In this document: one piece after another, positions 13,677 to 24,726 of the stretch | Numbering within the stretch: the first letter of the stretch is position 1 | Layout: each line of letters opens with the position of its first letter | Assembly (NCBI RefSeq): GCF_963921235.1 | Contig: NC_086108.1 | Coordinates: forward strand, 29,390,001 to 29,454,000 | Direction of reading: 5' to 3' | Source: Mobula hypostoma | Taxonomy: Eukaryota | DNA: 64,000 nucleotides | Notes under the pieces: generated by a model | The model's database searches: none | Seen by the model: only the letters and a program-made list of their open reading frames with translations | What the model was told of the DNA's origin: nothing | Program-made: the position numbers and the translations under genes

Positions 13677-14983
13677 ATTTAGTGGCTTCTTTGACAGGAA
13701 ACATTTCCAGCAATGTGTTAACATATCGAGCTAACTGATACCAATGTGAATAGCAACTGAATTTAAATATACACAAGATCAAAAGTAATAAACATCGTAA
13801 TATTTAACTTCCCATTCTCTTCAAATAAAGATGACAAGAAAACAACATCTCATAATACAAAATCTTCTGGTGGATATCCCCACATTGGATTACCCAATTA
13901 CATCATATTCACTACTCAAGTCAAGATACACCATGCTTCTTCATCCTCTGAACATTTTCGACTGTGTCCCTTCTTCATGTGAAGTTCTCTCTCGTTCTCC
14001 ACTAACATTGTCACTGAGCTATCCCATTTTCCATCATTCACCACCTCTTTAGCAGAAGGACACCTAGCTTAGGAAGGGCATCTGATGCTTCTTCTAGCCT
14101 GTCATCTAGAAGCAACTCTACCCCTTCTTTCACCTGAGTGGAATTAAATCCTGACCTATTTTAACATACCCCTTTGGAAGGAAATTCAGTCCTGGCTTAC
14201 TGGCAACCTTCTAACACTACTTTCTTCTTTCCCTCAACCTCTTCATAATTCTTGTCTTAGACTCCCTTGAAAAATTAAATTTGGTCCAGTGAATCTTCTC
14301 CAGCATTCCTCTGCTGCTCTCTCTGCCCCTACCATCACCAATTCCTCTACCCATCTTCCTCACCACTACATTGGGTTATACCACTCTTTTCTAATTTGCT
14401 TGACCACACTTTATTCATTAAAATAATTACCCACATGCAATTCCACAAGATATTAACAAATCATATTTTATTTATAGTCCAAAATCATCCAAGTAGCCAA
14501 ATCAATCATTAAAGCCAACTAAATATCTATAAGTTTGTTCATAAGAGAACACTGAAGCGAAAGCTGAGTCTGAAATACTCAGAAGGGAAAGAGGGGATAG
14601 AAGAAACAAGGTGCAGGTTCACATACCATCAAACTGAAATATTTTGTTTATTTTACTGGGAAAACCATCCCAATTCGAAGAAGGAGTCTGAGAGTCTGAG
14701 TGGGAGTGCCGAGAAAGAGATTTTTCAAATTTTCGTTATTTTTTTTCTCCAACGGCTTTCTGAGAGGCGGGACTGCGCAGGCGTGTGACGTCGGGCAGTG
14801 CAGCGCGGCAGATTTAAAAGGAACAGAGCCTCAGAGAGCGGGCAGCGTAGTTTGCGGGCTGCGGAGTGAGCCGGGAGCAGAGTGAAGACTTAAGGGCTTC
14901 GGCTCACCGGGCTTAGGCGGAAGCGGGCGAGGCGAGGAAGGTTTGACATTCATTTTCTGTTGCTATTTGAGGAGAGGGGCATT

Positions 14984-15919
14984 ATGACTGTGAGGGCAGT
15001 TTGCTGTTCTCGGTGTCGGATGTGGGAGGCCCTGGAGTCTCCAAGCCTCCCGGACGTCTACATCTGCGCCAAGTGCATCGAGATGCAGCTCCTAAGGGAC
15101 CGCGTTACGGAACTGGAGCTGCAGCTCGATGACCTTCGTCTGGTCAGGGAGAGCGAGGAGGTGATAGAGAGGAGTGGAAGGCAGGTGGTCACGCCGGGGC
15201 CACGGGAGGCAGACAAGTGGGTCACGGTTAGGAGGGGGAAGGGGAAAAGGCAGGTGATGGGGAGTACCCCGGTGGCTGTGCCCCTTAACAACAGGTACTC
15301 CTGTTTGAGTACTGTTGGGGGGCACAGCTTACCCGGGGGAAGCGACAGTGGCCCTGCCTCCGGCACAGAGTCTGGCCCTGTAGCTCAGAAGGGTAGGGCA
15401 AGGAAGAGGAGGGCAGTTGTGATAGGGGACTCGATAGTAAGGGGGTCAGATAGGCGATTCTGTGGACGCAGTCCAGAGACTCGGATGGTAGTTTGCCTCC
15501 CTGGTGCCAGGGTCCGGGATATTTCTGATCGTGTCCAAGATATCCTGAAGTGGGAGGGTGAAGAGCTAGAGGTCCTGGTACATATAGGTACCAATGACAT
15601 AGGTAGGAAAAGGGATGAGGTCCTGAAAGAAGAACATAGGGAGCTAGGAAGGGAGTTGAGAAAAAGGACCGCAAAGGTAGTAATCTCGGGATTACTGCCT
15701 GTGCCACGCGACAGTGAGAGTAGGAATGCGATGAGGTGGAGGATAAATGCGTGGCTGAGGGATTGGAGCAGGGGGCAGGGATTCAAGTTTTTGGATCATT
15801 GGGACCTCTTTTGGCGCAGGTGTGACCTGTACAAAAAGGACGGGTTACACTTAAATCCTAGGGGGACCAATATCCTGGCAGGGAGATTAGCGGGGGCTAC
15901 TGAGGTGACTTTAAACTAG
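14984..15919 (+). CDS. CR1 ORF1p: Cys-rich zinc finger, coiled coil and SGNH esterase domain
   Basis: CxxC...CxxC, LRDRVTELELQL, GDSIVR, HIGTND and DGLHLN motifs; first ATG at 14984. Confidence 0.92.
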   Translation: MTVRAVCCSRCRMWEALESPSLPDVYICAKCIEMQLLRDRVTELELQLDDLRLVRESEEVIERSGRQVVTPGPREADKWVTVRRGKGKRQVMGSTPVAVPLNNRYSCLSTVGGHSLPGGSDSGPASGTESGPVAQKGRARKRRAVVIGDSIVRGSDRRFCGRSPETRMVVCLPGARVRDISDRVQDILKWEGEELEVLVHIGTNDIGRKRDEVLKEEHRELGRELRKRTAKVVISGLLPVPRDSESRNAMRWRINAWLRDWSRGQGFKFLDHWDLFWRRCDLYKKDGLHLNPRGTNILAGRLAGATEVTLN

Positions 15920-15924
15920 AATGG

Positions 15925-18924
15925 TTGGGGGGTGGGAATCAAATTAAAGCGGCTAGGTGTGAGGAGGTTAGTTCACAACAGAGGGATGGGAACCAGTGCA
16001 GAGAGACAGAGGGGTGTAAAGTGAGCGTAGAAGCAAAAAGTACAAAGGGAAAAAGTAAAAGTGGCAGGCCGACAAATCCAGGGCAAGCATTAAAAAGGGC
16101 TAAGAGAGTTGTAAAAGAGCGCCTGAAGGCTTTATGTGTCAATGCAAGGAGCATTCGTAATAAGGTGGATGAATTGAAAGTGCAGATTGTTATTAATGAT
16201 TATGATATAGTTGGGATCACAGAGACATGGCTCCAGGGTGACCAGGGATGGGAGCTCAACGTTCAGGGATATTCAATATTCAGGAGGGATAGACATGAAG
16301 GAAGGGGAGGTGGGGTGGCATTGCTGGTTAAAAAAGAGATTAACGCAATAGAAAGGAAGGACATAAGCCGGGAAGATGTGGAATCGATATGGGTAGAGCT
16401 GCGTAACACTAAGGGGCAGAAGACGCTGGTGGGAGTTGTGTACAGGCCACCTAACAGTAGCAGTGAGGTCGGAGATGGTATTAAACAGGAAATTAGAAAT
16501 GTGTGCAATAAAGGAACAGCAGTTATAATGGGTGACTTCAATCTACATGTAGACTGGGTGAACCAAATTGGTAAAGGTGCTGAGGAAGAGGATTTCTTGG
16601 AATGTATGCGGGATGGTTTTTTGAACCAACATGTCGAGGAACCGACTAGAGAGCAGGCTATTCTGGACTGGGTTTTGAGCAATGAGGAAGGGTTAATTAG
16701 CGATCTTGTCGTGAGAGGCCCCTTGGGTAAGAGTGACCATAATATGGTGGAATTCTTCATTAACATGGAGAGTGACGTAGTTAATTCAGAAACAAAGGTT
16801 CTGAACTTAAAGAGGGGTAACTTTGAAGGTATGAGACGTGAATTAGCTAAGATAGACTGGCAAATGACACTTCAAGGATTGACGGTGGATATGCAATGGC
16901 AGGCATTTAAAGGTTGCATGGATGAACTACAACAATTGTTCATCCCAGTTTGGCAAAAGAATAAATCAAGGAAGGTAGTGCACCCGTGGCTGACAAGAGA
17001 AATTAGGGATAGTATCAATTCCAAAGAAGTAGCATACAAATTAGCCAGAGAAAGTGGCTCACCTGAGGACTGGGAGAAATTCAGAGTTCAGCAGAGGAGG
17101 ACAAAGGGCTTAATTAGGAAGGGGAAAAAAGATTATGAGAGAAAACTGGCAGAGAACATAAAAACGGACTGTAAAAGCTTTTATAGATATGTAAAAAGGA
17201 AAAGACTGATAAAGACAAATGTAGGTCCCCTGCAAACAGAAACAGGTGAATTGATTATGGGGAGCAAGGACATGGCAGACCAATTGAATAATTACTTTGG
17301 TTCTGTCTTCACTAAGGAGGACATAAATAATCTTCCAGAAATAGTAAGGGACAGAGGGTCCAGTGAGATGGAGGAACTGAGCGAAATACATGTTAGTAGG
17401 GAAGTGGTGTTGGGTAAATTGAAGGGATTGAAGGCAGATAAATCCCCAGGGCCAGATGGTCTGCATCCCAGAGTGCTTAAGGAAGTGGCCCAAGAAATAG
17501 TGGATGCATTAGTGATAATTTTTCAAAACTCGTTAGATTCTGGACTAGTTCCTGAGGATTGGAGGGTGGCTAATGTAACCCCACTTTTTAAAAAAGGAGG
17601 GAGAGAGAAACCGGGGAATTATAGGCCCGTTAGCCTAACGTCGGTGGTGGGGAAACTGCTGGAGTCAGTTATCAAGGATGTGATAACAGCACATTTGGAA
17701 AGCGGTGAAATGATCGGACAAAGTCAGCATGGATTTGTGAAAGGAAAGTCATGTCTGACGAATCTCATAGAATTTTTTGAGGATGTAACTAGTAGAGTGG
17801 ATAGGGGAGAACCAGTGGATGTGGTATATTTGGATTTTCAAAAGGCTTTTGACAAGGTCCCACACAGGAGATTAGTGTGCAAACTTAAAGCACACGGTAT
17901 TGGGGGTAAGGTATTGGTGTGGGTGGAGAATTGGTTAGCAGACAGGAAGCAAAGAGTGGGAATAAACGGGACCTTTTCAGAATGGCAGGCGGTGACTAGT
18001 GGGGTACCGCAAGGCTCAGTGCTGGGACCCCAGTTGTTTACAATATATATTAATGACTTGGATGAGGGAATTAAATGCAGCATCTCCAAGTTTGCGGATG
18101 ACACGAAGCTGGGTGGCAGTGTTAGCAGTGAGGAGGATGCTAAGAGGATGCAGGGTGACTTGGATAGGTTGGGTGAGTGGGCAAACTCATGGCAGATGCA
18201 ATTTAATGTGGATAAATGTGAAGTTATCCACTTTGGTGGCAAAAATAGGAAAACAGATTATTATCTGAATGGTGGCCGATTAGGAAAAGGGGAGGTGCAA
18301 CGAGACCTGGGTGTCATTATACACCAGTCATTGAAAGTGGGCATGCAGGTACAGCAGGCGGTGAAAAAGGCGAACGGTATGCTGGCATTTATAGCGAGAG
18401 GATTTGAGTACAGGAGCAGGGAGGTACTACTGCAGTTGTACAAGGCCTTGGTGAGACCACACCTGGAGTATTGTGTGCAGTTTTGGTCCCCTAATCTGAG
18501 GAAAGACATCTTTACCATAGAGGGAGTACAAAGAAGGTTCACCAGATTGATTCCTGGGATGGCAGGTCTTTCATATGAAGAAAGACTGGATGAACTGGGC
18601 TTGTACTCGTTGGAATTTAGAAGATTGAGGCGGGATCTGATTGAAACGTATAAGATCCTAAAAGGATTGGACAGGCTAGATGCGGGAAGATTGTTCCCGA
18701 TGTTGGGGAGGTCTAGAACGAGGGGTCACAGTTTGAGGATAGAGGGGAAGCCTTTTAGGACCGAGGTTAGGAAAAACTTCTTCACACAGAGAGTGGTGAA
18801 TCTGTGGAATTCTCTGCCACAGCAAACTGTTGAGGCCAGTTCATTAGCTATGTTTAAAAGGAAGTTAGATATGGCCCTTGTGGCTACAGGGGTCAGGGGG
18901 TATGGAGGGAGGGCTGGGTTCTGA
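15925..18924 (+). CDS. CR1 ORF2p: AP endonuclease plus reverse transcriptase (no upstream in-frame AUG)
   Basis: 999-codon open frame with NARS, ITETW, YRPP, GDFN, SDH (APE) and DFQKAFD, PQGSVLGP, FADD (RT). Confidence 0.95.
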   Translation: MGGGNQIKAARCEEVSSQQRDGNQCRETEGCKVSVEAKSTKGKSKSGRPTNPGQALKRAKRVVKERLKALCVNARSIRNKVDELKVQIVINDYDIVGITETWLQGDQGWELNVQGYSIFRRDRHEGRGGGVALLVKKEINAIERKDISREDVESIWVELRNTKGQKTLVGVVYRPPNSSSEVGDGIKQEIRNVCNKGTAVIMGDFNLHVDWVNQIGKGAEEEDFLECMRDGFLNQHVEEPTREQAILDWVLSNEEGLISDLVVRGPLGKSDHNMVEFFINMESDVVNSETKVLNLKRGNFEGMRRELAKIDWQMTLQGLTVDMQWQAFKGCMDELQQLFIPVWQKNKSRKVVHPWLTREIRDSINSKEVAYKLARESGSPEDWEKFRVQQRRTKGLIRKGKKDYERKLAENIKTDCKSFYRYVKRKRLIKTNVGPLQTETGELIMGSKDMADQLNNYFGSVFTKEDINNLPEIVRDRGSSEMEELSEIHVSREVVLGKLKGLKADKSPGPDGLHPRVLKEVAQEIVDALVIIFQNSLDSGLVPEDWRVANVTPLFKKGGREKPGNYRPVSLTSVVGKLLESVIKDVITAHLESGEMIGQSQHGFVKGKSCLTNLIEFFEDVTSRVDRGEPVDVVYLDFQKAFDKVPHRRLVCKLKAHGIGGKVLVWVENWLADRKQRVGINGTFSEWQAVTSGVPQGSVLGPQLFTIYINDLDEGIKCSISKFADDTKLGGSVSSEEDAKRMQGDLDRLGEWANSWQMQFNVDKCEVIHFGGKNRKTDYYLNGGRLGKGEVQRDLGVIIHQSLKVGMQVQQAVKKANGMLAFIARGFEYRSREVLLQLYKALVRPHLEYCVQFWSPNLRKDIFTIEGVQRRFTRLIPGMAGLSYEERLDELGLYSLEFRRLRRDLIETYKILKGLDRLDAGRLFPMLGRSRTRGHSLRIEGKPFRTEVRKNFFTQRVVNLWNSLPQQTVEASSLAMFKRKLDMALVATGVRGYGGRAGF

Positions 18925-19825
18925 GTTGGATGATCAGCCATGATCATAATAAATGGCGGTGCAGGCTCGAAGGGCCGAATGGCCTACTCCTGCACCTATT
19001 TTCTATGTTTCTAAATAAAGAAAGCTTTTTGGTGCCAGGTTTACATTGCCTGTTTCTTGATGCAAGTTACAGAACCGTCCAAAAATGTGCCCTATCTTAC
19101 AGTCCTTTTTGTGTTGCATGACCAACAGAGCCTAGTGCAATAAAAAAAATCTGTTGTACCACAAAATCAATTTGGCTGTTTCAAACATATATTTGTGATT
19201 ATTACTAAATTTAGGCATGTATCCAGTGTAAATAACCTGCTGATTTCTTGGAGAAAAAAAAGAGAAAATGTCTAGTTAGTTAAGAGATTGCATTGAACAC
19301 TGACCTGAAATAACAGCACAAACACCCCGCTGCCTCATTAGTTTGATGGTTTGAAAATAATTGCTGATTAGTGGAAATGTCCTCATTAAAGTGTACACAT
19401 TTTGAACACAAAGAAATTACACAGCACTCTCATATGAACCAACCCTATTATGCAAAATTCAGCCTTAATAAATAACTTACATATCCAAATGAATTCTACG
19501 TGCCTCTCCATCTCTCTCCTTTGTCATTACCAGAGAGAAAAGAGATTATGATGCACTGGTAATATACAAATAATAAACTTACACACTCAAGGTTTCCAGA
19601 GAGACTGGGAACTTTGCAGTCACCTCTTTCATAGTTTTACAAATGGGATCCCCTTTTCAGGAAGACACAATGCACAAAACAGACAAAAGAAAGCATGAAA
19701 GAGGGGGAGTGAATAAGAAAATGAGATTTAAAAAAAAGGAAATATTATGTAGAAATATATTTGGTGAAAAAGGGAAAATCTGCTGCAGATTGTTCTAGCT
19801 GATGTACAACAGCATTGAGCACATA

Positions 19826-19960
19826 AACACGAGAAAATCTGCAGATGCTGGAAATCCAAAGCAACACACATAAAATGCTGGAGGAACTCAACAGGCCAGG
19901 CAGCATCTATGGAAAAGAGTAAACACTCAATGTTTCAGGCTGAGACCCTTCATCAGGACA
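19826..19960 (-). mobile_element. Short Penelope-like terminal fragment with decayed hammerhead
   Basis: Reverse complement gives GTC-CTGATGA-agggtctcagcct-GAAA-CATT, plus the shared tail gatgctgcctggcctg...ttcctccagcat. Confidence 0.75.
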
Positions 19961-19964
19961 CTGA

Positions 19965-20175
19965 GCACAAGTTGGCCAGGGGTGTAGTGGCATCCGTACT
20001 GGATTTCAAGGCAAGTGGTGCCGGGTTCGAATCCAGCCAGCTCCTTGCATGCTTTCCATCTATGCTGGGTTGAGTATTGAGCCAGCAACTCAGCCTTGTA
20101 AAAAACAGACAAAAGATGCTAAAGGAACAGCGGGGTTTGCCGCCCAATACACAAGGCATGGAAAGGAACAACCTT
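19965..20175 (+). mobile_element. tRNA-derived SINE, probably RTE-mobilised
   Basis: A-box-like ggtgtagtgg and B box ggttcgaatcc (20024-20034). The body gggttgag...gagccagcaactc...tgtaaaaaa resembles RTE 5'-UTR-derived segments. Confidence 0.7.
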
Positions 20176-20269
20176 TCTTTCCGAGAACAAGCAGTAAACC
20201 TCTGCCTTAGTCTATTAGGAAGTATGACAACAGGTAAATATTCCCTGTGAAGTTTTCAGTCAGTTATTA

Positions 20270-23200
20270 GGAACTTCATTGGTAGGTAATTTTTGGAAAG
20301 GTTCAAAAATGACAGGGTTGTGGTCATGGGTGATTTCAACTTCCCTAATATTGATTGGCACCTCCTTAGTGCAAGAGGTTCTGAGGACAGAATTTAATTA
20401 GGGGTGTGTCTAGGAAAGATTCCTGACACAATACATGAATAGGCTGACGAGGAGATGCCATACTAGATCTTGTACTAGGCAATGAACTTGGTTTAGGTGA
20501 CAGATCTCTTGGTGAGCACTTCAGAGGCACTGACCACAATTCAATGACCTTTAGACTTAGACAAGGATAGGAGAGGACAGTACAGGGAAGTATTTAATTG
20601 GGAGAGGGTTAATTATGATACTATTAGGCAGGAACTTAGGAGGGTAAATTAGGAGCAGATGTTCTCAGGGAAATGTGGAGGTTGTTTAGGGATCCCTTGT
20701 GTGGGGTTCTGAATAGGTCTGTCCCATGAGGCAGGGAAAGGATGGTAGGGTAAAGGACTGTGGTTGACAAGGTAGATGGAATATTTAGTCAAAAGGAAGA
20801 AGGAAGCATACTTCAGGAAGCAAAGGAAGCATAGTTTAGGAAGCAAAGATCAGACATGGCTCTTGAGAGTTATAAGGTAGCCAGGAAAGAGTTTAAGAAT
20901 GAACATAAGGGCATGAGAAAAGGACTGAGAAAGTCTTGTTGAGTAGGATTAAGGAAAACCCCAAGGTGTTCTACACATACATCAAAACAGGAGGATTTAT
21001 TAGAGTGAGGGTAGAGCCAATAACAGGTAACAGAGGAAAGGGCATGAAGTCAGAGGTAGGGGAGGTCCTCAATGAATACTTTGCTTCAGTATTCACCAGT
21101 AAGAGAGACTTTAATGAAGCAGAGATAATATTTGAACAGGCTAATCTGCTGGAACGTGTTAAGGTTAAAAAGGATGATGTGGTGGAACTTCTGAAAAACA
21201 TTAAAATAGATAAAGCCCTTAGGTTACTAAAGGAAGCGCTGTGTATTTGATGAACTTGGTGTTTTCACTGGCCACAGGAGTAATGTCAGAAGATCGAAGG
21301 ATGGCAGATGTTATAAATTTGATCAAGAAAGGTAATAGGGATAATCCTAGTAATTATAGACCAGAGACTCTTACATCAATGGTGGGAAAACTATTGGAGA
21401 GAATTCTAAGAGATAGGACTGAAGAGGTTTTGGGGGATATAATCTAATTAGGGATAGTCAGCATAACTGTGATGGGCAGGTCATACCTCAAGAGTCTGAC
21501 CAACATTTTTGAGAAAGTGACAAACCGAATTGATGATGGTAGACTGGTGAATTCCATGTATATGAATATTAGTAATGTGTTCAACAAGGTTCCCCATGGT
21601 AGGATCAGAAAGTCAGGAGGTGTGAGATGGATGAAAACTTGGTTGTGTGGATTTAACAACACAGGGGTGTGTTCTCAGTCCCATCCTCTATTCTCTTTTC
21701 ACCCATGACTGCTTTACCATTCACTCCACCAACGCCATTGTCAAATTTGTTGACGATACCACCCTAATAGGTATCATATCAGACTGTGATGAGACAGCCT
21801 ATAGGGAGGAGGTACAGCATTTGACAGAATGGTGTTGTCATAATAACCTGGACTTGAACATCACAAAAACCAAGGAGCTGATAGTAGACTTCAGGAAATC
21901 AAAGCGCATCGAGCACTCTGCTCTGCACATATACGGGAAAGAGGTGGAGAGAGTAGAGAGTTTCAAGTTCCTCAGCGTCCACATCTCGGCTGACCTCACC
22001 TGGACTGCCCATATCTCTTATCAGGTGCGGAAGGCCCAACAGAGGCTCTACTTCCTAAGGAAGCTAAAGCACGCTCTCCTCCCTCATCACCTGCTGATCA
22101 ACTTCTATGGGACAACTATAGAGAGCCTCCTGACGTATTGCTGTGCAGTGTGGTTTGCCAGCTGCACAGAACAGAACAGAAAGGACTTACAGCTGGTGGT
22201 GAGGGTAGCAGAGCGGGTTATTGGCACAACATTACCCTCCCTCAGAGACATTTATACTGACAGACTTCAAAAGAAGGCTACTTGTATTTCAGAGGATCCT
22301 ACTCACCCTGGACATCACCTGTTTTCCCCTCTACCTTCTGGGAAGAGATACAGAGCATTAAGGACGAAAACAAAGAGACTCCTTAACAGCTTCTACCCAC
22401 AAGCAGTGAAATGTATAACACCCCCTTCCCTTCTCCTGCCCCCCTCCTAAGACGGCGGCAGCTAAATGCATCACACTTCCAGGAATGGCAGGTGTGCAAT
22501 AGTCCTACCCCCCCATCCATATATTATTAATTTTGGACTGTACTCCTGTGGTTTTAGAGTTTATTTTATGTATATATTCTTTGTCATGCTACAAAACGTT
22601 GAGCTGCTAAACTGTGTTTCATTGCTGCACAACAATGACAATAAAGATATTCTATTCTATTAAAATTGGCTTGCCCAGAGAAAGGAGCATATAATAGCAG
22701 ACGATCTATGACCAGTGGTGTTCTGCAGGGATCTGTCCTGGGATCCCTGCTCTTTGCGGTTTTTATTAATGACTTAGATGAGGAAGTGGAAGGGTGGTTT
22801 AGTAATTTCGCAATGACAAAGGTTGGTGGTGGCGCTGTGGATAGTGTAGAAGGCTGTTGTAGGTTAAAATAGGACAGCGAAAGGATGCGGAGCTAGGCTG
22901 AGAAGTGGCAGATGGAGCTCAATCCAGAAAAGTTTGAAGTGACACACTTTAGAAGGGCAAACCTTAAGGCAGAGTACAAGGTTAATGGCAGGATTCTTAC
23001 CACTGTGGAGGAACAGAGGGATCTTAGGGTTCATATTCAGAGATTCCTCAAAGTTAACATGCAAGTTGATAGGATGGTCAAGAAGGCCTATGGTGTGTTG
23101 CCCTTCATTAGTCAGGGGACTGAATTCAAGAGGCAAGAAGTAATGTTGTAACTCTATAAAACTCTGGTTGGACTACACTTGGTATATTGTGTTCATTTCT

Positions 23201-23700
23201 GGTCATCTCATTATGGGAAGGATATGGTGCTTACTTAGGGTGCAGTGGAGATTTAACAAGATGTTGCCTGGATTAGAGAAACACGTTTTATGAGGAAAGG
23301 TTGGGCACTCTATGGCTATTCTCTTTGGAGTGAAGGAGGATGAGAGGTGACCTGATAGAGGAATACAAGGTGATGAGAGGCAAAGTGTGGATAGCTAGTG
23401 CCTTTTCCCAGGGAGCTAATGGCTAGTATGAGAAGACATGCTTTTAAGGTGACTGGAGGAAAGTACAGAGGTGTCAAAGGCAGTTGTATTTTTTTAAAAA
23501 AACACAGTTGTAGGTGGAAGAAACACACTTCCAAAGTGGTAGTAGAGGTGTGTAAATTAGGGAGATTTAAGACACTCTTAGATAGGCACAAAGAAAATAA
23601 AAAGGAAAGCTATGTAGGAAGGAAGAGTTACACTGATCTTGGAATAAGTTAGAAGAACAGGAAAATATCATGGCTGAAGTGACTGTGTTCTATGATTTGA
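20270..23700 (+). mobile_element. Decayed CR1 LINE (ORF2 fragments) interrupted by a Rex1 element
   Basis: GDFNFP, IKENPKVFY, NYRP, KVPHGR and QGSVLG fragments with many stops; CR1-like 3' end. Confidence 0.85.
21653..22660 (+). mobile_element. Rex1/Babar LINE 3' part nested in CR1
   Basis: 267-aa ORF with QGCVLSPILYSLFTHDC, KFVDDTT, TKTKELIVDFRK; AATAAA plus (TATTC)n tail. The flanking CR1 sequence rejoins across the insertion. Confidence 0.9.
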
Positions 23701-24726
23701 GCGAAGTTTGAACAGCATTTTGGCCATAGTGTCAAAGCAATTCTCTTAGATTTGAAACACAATCAAAATATTTTGTTTAAAACTGAAGGAAGTATTAAAA
23801 CAAAACTGGAAAAGCTACCTAATCAAAATAAGTACATCCTCTACAACATTATTTCCTGATCAATTCTGGACCTCGCAAATTCCTTCAATTGGGGCAGATC
23901 TAGCAGATAAAATCACAAATGAGAAAGAGCTGTTTACATTTCAACTTATAGGACATAAGTGTGATGTAGTGCACTATGATAAAAATGGATCTGAATTCTC
24001 ACTGACTAGTTAATCCCAACAAAATATGCTATGTGTACCATATGAAACATTTGATAGTGTAATTGACAAGAAATCATGTATGAAAAGTTTGTAGCACACC
24101 ATTGAAATATATGAAAATGGAATATTTGCATAGTTTGTCATAAAAGTCCATTTGATATTCTTCAGGTAAGAAAATCTGACATGGTGATCTCACTGCCTCT
24201 CAAGTTGTCTAACAAGGCACCCATAGGAATGGAATACCTTGTCAGGAATGTCTCCATCTCATGAGTTAATAAAATACAATAACCAAAAGAGAATGTCATG
24301 TATTGAGATAAAGGAGTCAAGAAGCAAAATTTCACTTCACTTTGGTGAAGCCTGCCAGGTGATGTTTCTCAGTGTTGTAATAGTAACATTAAGATGGTAT
24401 CCAGATTCCAGCAAGTACCTAAAAATAAAGCAAATAAATGGCCGTAGCTTAAAAAAATACGTGAAAACTCCACAACTCTTTTTCAAAGTGATTAGCTTTA
24501 TATTTTAAAGTTCAAAATTCACAAAACCACGAGCTCTAAGAAAATCTTAAGTATAAGGGGTCTGTAAAAAAATATATACAAATTGTACAATTTGGGGCCA
24601 AAGGGTCTGTTTCTGTGCTGTTAGTCCATCACTAAAAGTAAGAATCTTATATTTTTTGATATCTGAACAAATATTTTACATAGCAAACTGTGCTTACCTC
24701 AAGTACCAATGGACTTATAGAGCACG

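Larger units (their letters stand above)
14680..19013 (+). mobile_element. Full-length, apparently intact CR1 LINE (antisense in TSEN15 intron 3)
   Basis: CpG-rich 5' UTR, ORF1 and ORF2 without stops, CR1 3' end gggccgaatggcctactcctgcacc plus tail ttttctatgtttcta. The 5' boundary is approximate. Confidence 0.95.

Noticed and set aside
15058..18947. Multiple antisense and alternate-frame ORFs over the CR1 copies
   Set aside because: Shadow ORFs of LINE coding sequence with no independent domain evidence.
19583..19652. Possible minus-strand exon (aag...gtaagt; DPICKTMKEVTAKFPVSLETLS)
   Set aside because: Phase is incompatible with exon 3 and there is no recognisable homology.
19972..20040. 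tRNA gene
   Set aside because: A and B boxes are present, but there is no convincing cloverleaf and it continues into a SINE body.
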